In this document: piece by piece, positions 1 to 13,020 of the stretch
How the letters are laid out: the number at the start of each line of letters is the position of its first letter
Position numbering within the stretch: position 1 is the stretch's first letter
Assembly: GCA_051362555.1 (NCBI GenBank)
Contig: CM120641.1
Location: forward strand, 49,296,401 to 49,360,400
Direction: 5' to 3'
DNA length: 64,000 nt
Source of the DNA: Lingula anatina
Taxonomy: Eukaryota; Animalia; Brachiopoda
Translations under genes and position numbers: made by a program
Notes under the pieces: generated by a model
The model's database searches: none
What the model saw: the letters and a program-made list of their open reading frames with translations, nothing else
Told to the model about the DNA's origin: nothing

Positions 1-631
1 CGGTGTATAAAATGTAACTTAAGCATATACTGTATTGTCCCGTCAAATTCATTAGTATTTAAATCTACTGTTCATTCCACAAACACATGTACAACTTACC
101 TGTCTCTATGCCTTCGTCTCCCGCCAAATTTTTTTGGGGCTACCACTCCACGTTTTGAAAACGAGGCCAAATCTAATATTTTCCAAAATAACCGTCAAAT
201 CAGCCAGTGGCTCCCGGGCTGTGAAGTTAAATCATTTATGCATAATTTATGGGGGCGCTTTGCTCAGGTTTTGTATTATAAACTTTTTACGTGCCAAGGG
301 GGTGAACTCCTAAAAAGGTAGGTCCTCATCGTGCGTTTTGCCTCTTTTTGTATGTAAAGACAAGAGGTGCACACGAAATAATTAATACACGGAGGAACTA
401 GATGTCGTGAATCTCTGAGTCCCATATATGCCCATAAGATATGGCCCAGGTGCTGGAGGCCCCGATTTTAGGGCGCATTAAAATACATACGAAGGCTCAC
501 TAAAGGATATTGTCACCCTTCACCATAAACTCCTTATTTAATGCCTTACATTCATTCTTTTGGGTAATTAATAAACCTTCAGTGTTCAGTGACTAAATTA
601 ACATTTATGCATATGCCATTTATACATATGT

Positions 632-1079
632 CATAGGCAACTCAAAGCTTTAATCGTCAGTTTAACACCTTTCTATTTTGACGTCATAATTGCGATTTTG
701 GGGTAAAAACTGAAAAATAGGTTTCTCAAATTTCTCTTTTACCTTAGCAACCACGATCACCGTTTTATTGACACCATTTAGAACTCGAAAACCCTGCCAG
801 CGATTTTTCTTTAAAGTCTTAGTTCAGATTTTATCGTTGATAAAGCAAAATAATACCTTTGTTTATTGCAAATCTGTAATTAGGGGCTCATAACACCACA
901 ACAAAAACATTTAAACCAAAATGACGGCATGGGATTGGTGCCTATACTCTCCTGGTCAACTCTGCCAATTTTTGTGATTAAATGTTGTTCGGGGTTGAAG
1001 TCACGCCCTATATCGCTTGCTATCTCACCTCAAAATAGAAAAGTGTTAAACTGACGATTAAAGTTTTGAGTTACCTATG
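632..1079. mobile_element. MITE-like element with ~50-70 bp terminal inverted repeats (CATAGG... termini)
   Basis: 632 CATAGGCAACTCAAAGCTTTAATCGTCAGTTTAACACCTTTCTATTTTGA matches the reverse complement of ~1030-1079 (CATAGGTAACTCAAAACTTTAATCGTCAGTTTAACACTTTTCTATTTTGA). No convincing TSD. Confidence 0.7.
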
Positions 1080-1477
1080 CTTATACATTGCAACGAAAAA
1101 AATATAAACGCCGATATTTTATATTTTCGAGGGGTTTTTCATTTTTCTAAATCAGCACAAAGATATATGCATCATTGCATAATAAGATGCAGAAAAAACT
1201 CATTTTCGGTACCTGGATTATAATAAAAGGTTATACATGTAATTACCTTAATACAAATTTAAAATGCATAGGAAGGTTCAGTTCACTAAATGTACATTTG
1301 GGCCGAAGGAAATCAATATATATATAGCTGTTCCGTGCACACATTGCCTTGACTTTACCTCTTGTCTTTACATATGAAAAGAGCCAAAATATCCTCTCAG
1401 GTACATCATGTTTGGAAGTCAACCCCCTTTCGTCTGGGGAATATCTATACATGTACATCTCTCTGTCTTTCTATAAG

Positions 1478-2557
1478 GCTGTCTCCATAGAAGCCAATAA
1501 ATATGGAGGAGCTATTTCACAGACGAAGAACGCCTCGTCACGGATTAAGGTCCCTGCTGTGCCTAATAACAGTACAGGTGCCCGGTACGTGGTATACATG
1601 TGTCAACACTTATGTGGAGGTTGGGGAGACAGACTCCGTGGAATTATGTCCACCTTTGCCTGGTCCGTCCTCAATGGGAGACAGTTCATCATAGAACACA
1701 CTTGGCCTTGTGATTTACGTAAGTTTTTACAACCCAAGCCGCCTCTACGATGGGCCGACAACATTCCCCAGAGAAAAGGGATGACAACAAGACGCTTTAA
1801 CTTGATTGACAACAACAGCTTCTTGCAAGAAATTCAAAAAACCAAAAATTTGTCAGACACGTTCCATGAAAACGTCCTGAGATTTCACACGAACGGAGAC
1901 ATGTTCCCCGGGTTTCGATATAACAAAGATTTACATAAAACAATTAGGCAGAGATATGGGGTCGGCTTTAAGGAGTTTACTTTTGAGAAGATGTTCAAAA
2001 GACAATACGACACTATCTTCGAAATGACACCTTATTTCAGTGAAATGTTCCAAAGTATTTTATCAGAAGCAAAACCGACTATAAAGTCAAAATTAGCATG
2101 TTTGCAATTCCGACAACTATTCCAAGCGAACAATACACAAAAGAATGCATGGGCATTTTTGAAAAATATTACGAGCAGTTTCCAGTCCTATAAAATATTC
2201 GTAACGACTGACTCTGAGGAAATACGCAAGGAAGCAAAAGAGATATTTGGCAGCGTGATAGTGGACCCAGCAGGAGCTATTGGTAATATTGATCATGCCC
2301 CTAGGGCACAAAGGGAACACAACTGTCACCTGCTGGAAAAGACGCTTCTAGACTGGCATCTCCTGTCTCAGTGTGACGTTTTACTTCATAGCAGAAGTGG
2401 GTACGGTCAGCAGGCCTCCATGATGAAGGAACCCTTCACAGATATTTATGCATTAGCATTTAATGGAACGATAACGAAACTTCAGAAACCTGACTTTAAA
2501 CAACCTGGAGGATACATGGACACATTGTTCAGAAACATGACAGAAAAATATCAATAG
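1478..2557 (+). CDS. Terminal (catalytic) exon of a GT-B fucosyltransferase-like protein (GT23/GT37/NodZ-like); 5' exons not identified
   Basis: Long ORF with GGWGDRLRG, LQFR (HxR-like motif I), IFVTTDS (motif II) and DWHLLSQCDVLLHSRSGYG (motif III), as in alpha-1,2/1,6-type fucosyltransferases. Pyrimidine-rich acceptor ctctgtctttctataag| ends at 1477; AATAAA at 2613-2618. Confidence 0.75.
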   Translation, partial: AVSIEANKYGGAISQTKNASSRIKVPAVPNNSTGARYVVYMCQHLCGGWGDRLRGIMSTFAWSVLNGRQFIIEHTWPCDLRKFLQPKPPLRWADNIPQRKGMTTRRFNLIDNNSFLQEIQKTKNLSDTFHENVLRFHTNGDMFPGFRYNKDLHKTIRQRYGVGFKEFTFEKMFKRQYDTIFEMTPYFSEMFQSILSEAKPTIKSKLACLQFRQLFQANNTQKNAWAFLKNITSSFQSYKIFVTTDSEEIRKEAKEIFGSVIVDPAGAIGNIDHAPRAQREHNCHLLEKTLLDWHLLSQCDVLLHSRSGYGQQASMMKEPFTDIYALAFNGTITKLQKPDFKQPGGYMDTLFRNMTEKYQ

Positions 2558-4111
2558 TATCTCTTGTAGTAACTTTCATTTGCAATTATTCCTTCAAGTG
2601 AATATTTGTTAAAATAAAGTTAAACGTTTTTCTTGATTGATTTAGGATAAAGTGTCAATCCATTCGAACATGCAACTGCGTTCCTCATACACATGTATAA
2701 TTGAGCATTTGTATAAGTAAAGAATTTATCTATCCAATTATAAAAAGCGGAAATTGTAATCCTTTAGAGCAAAGTTTGATAAGTATAGAAGAAAAAGAAA
2801 AACAATAAATGATTATGAATTAGGGTTCAAAAACAATTTAAAATGCATTACTGTCACTCGGATGTAAACTGTTTAAAAAGCGTTTACTTCCTTTGAAAGT
2901 TAAGAGCGCGTCTATGAGAAAGCCAGACAGATCGGTCAGAAGGCGGCAAGGTGGGGGTCAGCAGATTTTAATAATTTTTGGTGTGGTAAACCATCAACAT
3001 AAAAGATATTGTGAGCCACTGGCTTTCCTATTTATTTCCTTTAGTTTTAGAGATATGGGGGCAGATCTTTTATTGGCAATTTTGCCAAAATATAGCATTT
3101 TTTAGCTCTTGAAAAGTTATAATTTAAAATATTCTTTTAAAAAATCATGTACATCATAAGGAATTATTTAGGTAAGCCACATGATAGGTTAAGGAAAGAC
3201 CTTTAATATCCAGTACAGATTTTTTGAAAAGGCACTGTCATGACCACACAAGGTTGATTCTAATAAGGCATGTTTTCAGTATGCTTGACCCCCTCCCCTT
3301 CTTTAAATGCACACAACTTCTTTTTTGCAGGTTGTATCCATATAATTTTGGTATGTGCTGATAGAAAAGGGTTAAAAAATAAATTTTGTAAAATAAAATC
3401 TGTGTTAAACCTTGTAAAATAAGAACTATAACAATTTTAAAAAGGGCCTAAAAACGAATATTTTTATACGCTTTAAATGCTAAACTGTTTCTTCAACTAA
3501 ATTAATAAGTCAAAACCATGTATAGGTTTGTGAAAAGCCCTTAAAATAATTATGTTTGCCTTGCAGACGAACTTATGAAGCTTAAATACATTTTTAAAAT
3601 TTGTTTATGCTGTAGAAACTAAATGTAAAATAACGATGCTAACTCTGTGACCTATTTTCAACATGGCGGGTACTAGGATTATCACCGGAGCAACTGTGAA
3701 GCAAAGCACATCGTCTTCACAGTGTTAAAACATAATACTTTCTTAAATTTATGAAGAACACGCACTAAAGATGCTTGGGTACATCTCAGAAGGATTGGTG
3801 TGCACCAGAATATAACAAGAAATGACCAGCAGCTGGTCGTCCTTAGAATTTGCATTTTTGGTTGAACCACTTTAGACTGTTGTCAGGCTTGGGTTCCTCA
3901 ATTATATCCATCTCATCGATTTAGCTCTGGATGTTTGTTGTGAGGTAAGTGATCAGTGGTGGCAAACATATACTAGAATCAGATACACTAAAAACTCAAA
4001 CCAGTTTAAATAATAAGTTTGAATTTTATTCAGTAATATAAAGAATATTAAGCAAATTTAAAAGACGTACTGGTATATTTTACTTGATTTCTGTTTCATG
4101 GTAAACATGTA

Positions 4112-4477
4112 CTCTGAAGTATCGAATAAAAGAACTGATGGAATAAAAGTACTGGGTGGAAAAAATCTCAACATTTAATAAAAGTACTGATGGAATAAAA
4201 GTACTGGGTGTAAAAAATCTCGAAATTTAATAAAAGTACTGGATGGAATAAAGGTACTGGGTGGAAAAAATCTCAACATTTAATAAAAGTACTGATGGAA
4301 TAAAAGTACTGGGTGTAAAAAATCTCGAAATTTAATAAAAGTACTGGATGGAATAAAGGTACTGGGTGGAAAAAACCTTTGCACCACTCCCCCCCCCCAA
4401 AAAAAAAAAAAAAAAAATGAAATAAATAAATAAAAGTAAAGAAGAAGAAGAGAAAGAAAAAAGTTAGCTATTGATCA

Positions 4478-4512
<35 letters not shown>

Positions 4513-5747
4513 CACCAGGTAAAATTCACTCAGTATTATAATTTATCTTAATATATATATATATATATATATATATTTGCCATGAGTTGAATTTCATAAT
4601 CGTCAGGGGCCGAAGACCCAGATATGTCGCACCTAAGCCGCCTCCGAGAGCCATACGGAGACGTTATTCATAGTAAATTTATTCTCAGATATAAGGTTCG
4701 TTTTGCATACCTGTAAACTCCTAAGGGTTTATCTTACATAGAAATGTGATTTAACATCGTTTAAATCATAAATCGGCATGAAATAATTGACGTTTGAAAA
4801 CAGGCACAACTTCTTTGCTGCACTTGAAATGACCTCCTTAGCTATAAATATGATCCTATCACCTTGCGACATTGCATCATTCGATCGATGTACATGAGTA
4901 GTTGTCACTGTTGAAGGGAAAGCACGTCTATTTATAGGAACTGAAATCAGGTGACGCATGTACTGTTGTGTTCAGAGAGCGACTTCCGCTTGACCTACTT
5001 TCCAGTGCTGTTGGTAGAACAGTCGGTAATGAGTTGAGATCTCAATTTTCTTCTCATTATACTTCAATTTAAGAAAATAAAAAGCGTGACTTGTACTTGT
5101 GTAATTTCCCACCGGTACAATATGTATTTAATAAACATACCGGGTGGAAGATTTTTGAAAAATTAATAAGCGTACCGGGTGAAAATGGAGCGTACCGGCG
5201 GGAAGAAATTTGGAAAATTAATTAACGTACCGGTGTCACGTGAAGAAACCGTCGTCGTGAATAAACCGTTCTGACGGATTATTCCCTCGGGGGTAGCAGT
5301 CTGTTGACTTACAGTAAGTAGCTGCACGTGCATTTCCAACATTGAAAGTTGTAGTATTATCAAACACACAATTTCTTTTTAATGAAAATGACTGTACTCT
5401 GAATTGAAAGAACATTGTAGCGCGAAAACATTTATACTACGAGTCTTAGATCTACCACGTTTTTCACACAAAGCCAAACAGTTCAGTCACGATCAAAAGC
5501 TCACTTCCAACATTCCCCCGTATACTGTAGTAATAAGATCATCAAATACATACTCTCTCATGACGAAAACCAATTAATTATGAATAGAAAGATCATAGTT
5601 CAGTGCAAACATAGCGCCTACTTAGGACGACATCGTCATACCGGAAGTTACTTCTTTCAATCTACCCTCAATGCGCATGTGCAGAACGGTTTCGTCACGG
5701 CACGGGTCTATCACGCCACACCGGTACGTTTATTTGATACTTCAGAG
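4112..5747. mobile_element. Non-autonomous TA-flanked DNA transposon (Tc1/mariner-pogo type) with subterminal direct repeats
   Basis: TA|CTCTGAAGTATCGAATAAA at 4110 and TTTATTTGATACTTCAGAG|TA ending 5749. Tandem AATAAAAGTACTG/AATAAxCGTACCGG motifs at 4120-4375 and 5110-5235. Confidence 0.75.
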
Positions 5748-6733
5748 TATGCTGAAAAGAATTAACTGTGTATCTAACTTATGAAGTATATTTTTGCATT
5801 AAATTCTAGGGCTTTGTTACATGTGTTATCATAACACAAACAGTTAAGGACTACTGAGCTTGAAGACAGCTTCGTTAGAAATTTCTTACCCAGAATCAAA
5901 GGTATGTAACACAAATTCAGTTTCAAGTTTTGGCATTTTAGGGGATGTTACTTGTGCCAGTTTTTTATATTTTAGTTTTATATTCACTATGCAGATTTAT
6001 GTGTGTTTACAATGAAGTTGAAGTTAACCGCCTAGCTTTATGTGACTTCGTAACACAGTGTGCTTCAATTTTCAAGACTTACATATTACACAGGACACTT
6101 GTAACTAAAGGTACTTTAGTAAAATCAGGAAAACTTTGCAGTCCATTATGTTGTTCATGTTGCTTTGCAAGGGGGCGTGCCAGACAATTAAGCTGTTTAC
6201 AACGACTGAGCCTGAGTGTGATACTCCGCTGAGATAGATTGATCCTGCTACAGTAGTTTCTATTCTGAACACAGTAAGCCTCTGTTGTTGTAAAGCCTTT
6301 ATTGTTGTAATGTTTATTTTTCGGATTTTACATTCTAGTCCTGTATGTGAACCTTGACCTGGACAATCCTACAGACAATAATAGAAAAGTCACCTGAAAT
6401 TGCACAGGCAAATTCATCAGATTCAGATGTGAGCACCAACTTTGTAATGCCTGGAACACTTCCACGGAGAAGAAAAAAGGTTTACATTTTTTTTTTTCAT
6501 TTGTTTCTTTTTCTATCATGAAATTCTGGTAGCTACAATCATGCATATTTGATTTCCTTTTTTATACTTATGCAATATGTTTGATCAGAATCAGAATATT
6601 ATTTAGTAATTGTTCTTATACAGCAATTAGCATGAGTTTAAAATATGTTTAATACATTTTCTTTTGACAGCCTGTCCTGCCATCTTCAGGTAGACGCAGT
6701 AGTGGATATCCTGGCAAACCTCTATTGGACTTA

Positions 6734-6948
6734 GGCTCTGTTCTCACAACTTTTAGATCGATCTATCACCGCGGGGAGTCTCACTAGATTACTGTCAGAT
6801 AATCCCCCTTAAGTGTCCGTCCCCGCCTACTACAAGCTTTAAGGGGTAATTAACTTTCGTGTCCGCCCGGCTGACAGCTATTTAGCGTGAACCCCCAGGG
6901 AGTTAGGTCGATCCAATGTAGGTCGATCTAATCTATGAGAATGGGGTG
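6734..6948 (+). mobile_element. 215-bp MITE, copy 1 (PIF/Harbinger-like ends)
   Basis: Clearly homologous to the reverse complement of 11095-11309 and the same length. Internal AGATCGATCTA palindromic motifs near both ends; flanked by TTA/TAA. Confidence 0.7.
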
Positions 6949-8731
6949 TAAGAGCCACCTTGGGTCAATCCCCCATAACAAATGTGCATCTTAGGCTTGG
7001 CAATCTCAATCAGTTTTGTAGGAAAGGAGGATTGGCGCCATTGAATTGACAAATATTGACAATTGACAGTTCAGTCACACTAAACTATAGTGGCATGTTG
7101 CTTCAAGTTACCACACTTATTCTAAGATTGCTGAATTATCATTACTGTAGGAGACCCTGGATCTCTCAACCAGAAGAAGAAACTTGGGGATCAATCAGTT
7201 ATAAGATTAAAATCTGTGGAACACTACCCATCACTGTTGTGTTCAGTATATGGAAAAGATGACCGTGATATTGGAACCTTGGAGATTCATAACTTGATTT
7301 CACTCCTGTAAAAAGTAACTGCTTTGTTCTTTTACTGCCCAATTGATAATATGAAAATAAAGTACTCCTCCAGTCATTGTATGTTGCTGACTCTGTTTTA
7401 ATTTTCTTTATAGAAAAAGAATATAGATATCAAGATATTACATGTATTTACAAAGCCTATGAATCACTTGAAAGGAAAAAGAATGGTTGAAAAATGCAAT
7501 ATAAATCATTTCAAGTGGATTAATTAGTGTTGCACTTGAGAAAACTGATAAAATGAGACAGTCATTCCCTTTTACCTTTAGAAAAATCATTTGTAATTTT
7601 TTTTCTCTATTGCTCCCTGAAAATAAGGTATATACACAATGCTGATGACACTTGATATGCACAGTAATAACTTATTAAATGGGGGGTGGGGGGTTAATAA
7701 CTTGTCACTAGTAATTTAAATTTATTCAGAAGTTGTATGGCTCTGTTTGAAAAGAATATTATTTGAGCAATCCTGTATTACAGATCTCAAAATAAAAAAA
7801 AAAACCTGCAAAAATGGGCCTCTTGATTATTTTGAGGAATTAGGGTAACTGTATTTTGGGACATATTTGATGGCAGCCATTTTGTATTTATAAAAATTGG
7901 ATAGATTTGCCCTTATCAAAGCATTGTTTGAATTCCTGGCTGTGAGTCTTTGATTAAATTTGATTATTGGAAGGTATTATCTCAAAATGTACTGATATCT
8001 TGATTTCGGCCGTTTGGTTTTCTGCTAAAATTGCTAAAGTTTGAGGCACTTTTTCAATATCTTCTGTTGTGTTTAACACACTTTTTGAAATTTGTATGAT
8101 GAGGCCAATATATGCTTAGGATCCCTAAAAAATTTTATGGCTGTCAAGCCTGCAAAAAGAGAGATATGAATGCTTGAACATTGCTTGGTAGAAAAGAGAG
8201 TTTGGGGGGTGGGGTCATAAAAATAATCGTGGCTCGTTAGTTTGTGGGTTAAACTGAAATTTAGTAACATATTCTCAGTGGCAAATGGCTGGTTTAAATA
8301 GGTTAATTTTCAATTAATTTTAAAAAGTCATCAGTTTTGACATATTTGCTTATGAAGTGGCTTTATTGACAGAAGCTGAAAATCAAGCCAAAAATGGCCA
8401 AAACATATAATATCATATTATAATTATATCCAATGATTTCTTTTGGGATTGTTGCCTTCAATCTTAATATCTCCTATATATGCAACAATATTATGAATTT
8501 GGTTGAAATCTGTTGACCCCCACCTTGCCACCCTCTGACTGGTCCTATCATGGACACACACTTAAGAGTCTACTATTAAAATGTAAAACGTGGTGATGCT
8601 GGGTGAGAACCCCCCCCCCCCCCCCCCCCCCCGTGTTGATTTCAGTTCTTTTCTCATGCAAAGGCTTCGATTGATACAATATAGTTATGAGTCATTACAC
8701 TGAATAAAACAACTGATGTTGATTGGATTTA

Positions 8732-10298
8732 CTATACAGGCCTGCCAGACTCTGGAAATCACATTACTTTGTACATAAATGTGACCCCCTATTCATTTAT
8801 ATCGGTAAAAGGCGGATCTCCACATGTTTCCTTTGCTTACGTGACAGTGATGAACCTAAATCAATTAGCAATTCCACTTACCTCCCACTGTTTCACAAAT
8901 GAATCCGTTGGTGACCGTGGAGCAGTCTATATCCTGCCAGAAGCTTCCCCCCGCCATCACGACACAGTCTCCACTCCCGTCTGGCTCGCTGGGTACTGAC
9001 GTCATGTCCCAGTTATCGTAGGTACTGTTGGTACCGTCCAGCCATACCCACTGACTACTGTTCTTGTGAAGACCTATCCAATACTTGATGGACGACGAAC
9101 CTCCAACAGTGCTACATAGGTTTAATAATAAACAGGAAACATTAAAATGAAAGTTAAAAAAAAAATACAATTTAAAAACAAACTTAAAAATAAGAACATT
9201 AATACAGACGGGAGTGAAACTCGATGTTTGAATATGGAAAGATGTAGTTGACGAAAGCAGCCATTTTAGGTCCTTCTTAGTTTGATTTTCTGTTGACATT
9301 CAAAAATCGATAAAAGTAGTTAAATATACATGTATGTGAATGGTCTTTCTATAACAGTTTTACTGAAAAAGTGTTTTTGTACTTCTTAAAACTAACTAAG
9401 TTATCTTGAAATGTGGTTTGGTTTTGTAAAATTTAAGTAAACTGGAGAGACCAGTCTTTAAAGAGTGTTACCCACTTACAGCAAGCTGGACAGGAAGGTG
9501 TTTTCATCCACTTCTTCAATTCCAACAAGATGAGCACCACTCTGCGTTTGGCACCAGTCCTCAGCGTCTTGAAAATTCTTCGATTGCTCCACTTTAACGT
9601 AACATTGGGTGGCCTCCAAATGCCAGGTTTCTCCCGCTGTAGTAGGACAAGCTGTGCCTGGTTGCATGATAAGATATGTGTGATATCGATCTATAGTCTC
9701 TTGCCTTGGATTACCGAAATGTAATAGTTGAATTGTACGTTTCAGCATACATTAAGGCACTGCTTACAAGTATCGATCAAACTCCATTGACTTTGTCACA
9801 GTTACAAAGATAATAGAGATTTTATAGATGCCAAGTACTTTCGTCTGTATTCACCAAGATATTACTTTGATATCGTAGCAACACAACAGGAAATAAGTAA
9901 TCATGTCTGAAGAGTCTTAACGTGGTTTGACCCATGAATGACATATATCTATTTTTCATTGAAGGGCTTTGACCAACCCGATGTGAGGTCAGGATGTGAG
10001 CTCAGGGATGTCATCATATACATGGGGGCTGGGGAGGGGGGGGGGGGGGCTGATGCAGCCCCTCGGTCCTTGGAAGAGTCGGTCATGTGATAAAACTCCT
10101 TTGATGAGGGGTCGACACGTCATTCCTGATAGGTAAAAACACGTTAAGTCTCTTCAGAGAGGATTTTAACCTTCGTTACACAAGATAAAGGAAAAAATCA
10201 CCATTACAACGTAGTTATAATGAAATTTACTAACCGCTTGTTTTTCTGCTCAAAGACAGCAGTATAAAGGTCACAGTGAGGTATTTCTTGCAGTACAT
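8732..10298 (-). CDS. Secreted single-domain C-type lectin; exons 10298-10235, 9657-9480, 9111-8882 and probable 8751-8732 (or read-through to stop at 8865)
   Basis: Exon 1 MYCKKYLTVTFILLSLSRKTS resembles a signal peptide. Exon 2 C-P..W....QCY...NFQDAEDWC....AHLV.I; exon 3 YWIGL..WVWLDG..W...EPDG.GDCV...WQDIDC...FICE. All GT-AG sites are phase compatible (1, 2, 1). Confidence 0.88.
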
Positions 10299-11094
10299 TG
10301 TAAGGCTCGGTTTTACACGCCCCAAGGTGGCGTCTGTGGATTTATTTGGTCACTCAAACGGATTCATACTGAAACTAAAGCAAACACAAAACAGTAATGA
10401 AATACATTGCATTCTGAATGGCTTTCATAAGATTCATTCAATAATCTAAACAATTATCGATAACGGCTGTTTTGTTTTATTAAGGGTCCAATCAATATAT
10501 GTTGAATGTACGTGGTAAAAGTCGTTTTATCAAACTGAAGAATTAGCAGGTATTAGGTATATAAAATCATGTTACCTTTTGTTGTTTATTTTGACAGAAA
10601 ACAAGGGTCAAGGAAGTCAACAGAACGTTATCCTCCTATGGGTTTGTGTAGTGTGGATAATGAGGGGATTGAGAAACGGAACATTGTATGCAAGCATTTA
10701 AACAAACGTGTCCACTAATAGATATTGACTTTCAAACACGGCACTGTGTTCTGGTCATGCAGTTGTAATACACTTTGTGTAAATGAGTTGTATAGGCAGC
10801 GTTTAAGACCTGAGTACTATGTACCGGGAAATAAATTATAAAAACGGCTATATTTAAATCAGTACGTGGGTGCTATGTACCAGGAAATAAGTTTAAATAG
10901 GCTGTATATAAATCAGTACTTGCTCGTTTTCAAAGCTCCAATCATGTGCGTATGACAGAAAAGAGGCATTTTAATGATAAAGTTATACATGTATGTTTAT
11001 GGACTAATGACGTCTTGACTGAATTTACTGTATTTTCAATGTACAATATATTAAGGATCGGAAGCGTACAATGTACATACTAAATCACATCAAA

Positions 11095-11309
11095 GACCCC
11101 ATTTCCAGAGATTAGATCGATCTACTTTAGATCGACCTAACTCCCTGGGGGTTAACGCTAAATAGCTGTCAGCCGAGCGGACACGAAAGTTAATTACCAG
11201 CTTACAGCTTGTAGTAGGCGGGACGGACATTTAAGCCGGATTATCTGACAGTAATATAGTGAGACTCCCCGCGGGGATAGATCGATCTAAAAGCTCTGGG
11301 AATACAGCC
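11095..11309 (-). mobile_element. 215-bp MITE, copy 2 (inverted relative to 6734-6948)
   Basis: Reverse-complement homology to 6734-6948 over the full length. Confidence 0.7.
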
Positions 11310-12140
11310 ATAGTCTAATTTTGACTGCCATGTGAAATTCAGGGATGTGGATCTCGTGTTACTGCCACATGTGAAGCAGTTATGTAATAACACTAACCCA
11401 AAGCGCAGAATTTTTATAACAACAATAGTCCAAAGCAGTAGATGATTGTGTTCCGCACTGTTCAGTGGTGAGACTTCAACTTGAGGTGTCAGAGAAAGCA
11501 AACATAATCTTTTCAAACCCCCAGAGAGATGTATTCCCAGTAATGGATGTTACTTTTGTTATAGTACAGTGCACAGAAGGCCTCTCACTTCCCATTTTTT
11601 ACGTGGAAGACAAGAAATGTAAACATCCCAATGTCGATGTGAAAGTAATGCAAATAAAGAAATAATATAAAAACGCACGATCAATATTTAAAAATGTGTC
11701 TTTGTTCCTAAGTAAGTCGTGTCTTTGAATCTTGGAGTGCATTTAGAACAGATAACTTAAAAGTGATGCCGCTAAATATCTGATTGGTGACGACACTGAT
11801 GTTGAGGAACCTGAAGACTTAATAGTAACTGTAGCCTACATACTATATGCCTTAAAATAATTATTCATACTGTTTATTGTCAAGACTTGTCTAAACTTCA
11901 AACCTCAAACTCCGTCACTCCATTTGCTTGCATGATTTGTGTACATGAAATTTGTCTCCATTTTCATAAATGTAGCTGTAATGGAATTTCTTCCCTGGCA
12001 TAATTTCAAAAAGTAACGAATAGTGGGTATATTATCCCTTAATATTTGGTTAAAATATAGGCCTATACTTTAGCTCATATGTTTTTTTAAAAATTATTCA
12101 AAATAACGACCCTTTTGAACTTTTTTGTTTTTGATGGAAA

Positions 12141-12178
<38 letters not shown>

Positions 12179-12860
12179 CTGTGATTCAGAATGATAAAGG
12201 TCTGATTAAAATTAAGATTCTTGGTTGTTATATTCCCTCTCCCATGCCTCAGTGACACCCGCCATATACCGGATAGACCCTTGGTAGGGAGAAACACTGA
12301 ACACTACAATAAGTGCCAACTTGCTTCAAGTTCACAGTGGTGTTGGTTCGTTATATTCTGGTACCGTGTACTCATTGCGCTGTATATTCTGTAAAGAGTC
12401 TACACTGAAGTTTTTTTTACCGGTGTGACTCTGGATTCTATTCCTTATACTACCATTCCTGTCATACCGGCTAACCCTAACCTGTGCAATTCATATAGGT
12501 CCCCAGACTTCCATTCTTAGGACTACCATTCCTTTCACTCCTACAGCTGTTCTTGATCATGAAGCTCTAATAATTTGTCGCGTCAAGGGGTATCACATTG
12601 TAAACAGAATACCGCAAGCAAATACCGCCAAGCTGCCATTTCCTCTTCCATTTATAGTTATAACACAGTTTATAACACTTTTATAACACAATATATAAAA
12701 TAGTATATTACATATTTATAACGTATGTGTGTAACGCATGCTAATATTGTTATATATCATTCATGAAACAAATTAGAACAGAGTAATAAATAATATGTGA
12801 ATCACATGGTTATATCGCTATATCATTTATAAAACAATTTTCTCAAACACATTTACAGCT

Positions 12861-13020
12861 AAAACACATGCTTATACCTACCTATTATTTATAACACAAT
12901 ATATATATAACACATTTATAACTAATATGTAAAACACATGCTTATACCTACCTATTATTTATAACACAATTTATATATAACACATTTATAACTGATATGT
13001 AAAACACATGCTTATACCTG
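12861..13020. repeat. 70-bp tandem repeat (~2.3 copies) in an AT-rich ATAACAC-type region
   Basis: AAAACACATGCTTATACCT recurs at 12861, 12931 and 13001. Confidence 0.8.

Larger units (their letters stand above)
2904..8561. mobile_element. Large decayed TTAA-flanked DNA transposon (Kolobok-like) carrying nested insertions
   Basis: TTAA at 2900-2903 and 8562-8565. Subterminal inverted repeat 2935-2968 vs 8506-8539 matches at 31/34 bp, with looser similarity out to the TTAA. No intact transposase ORF. Confidence 0.65.
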
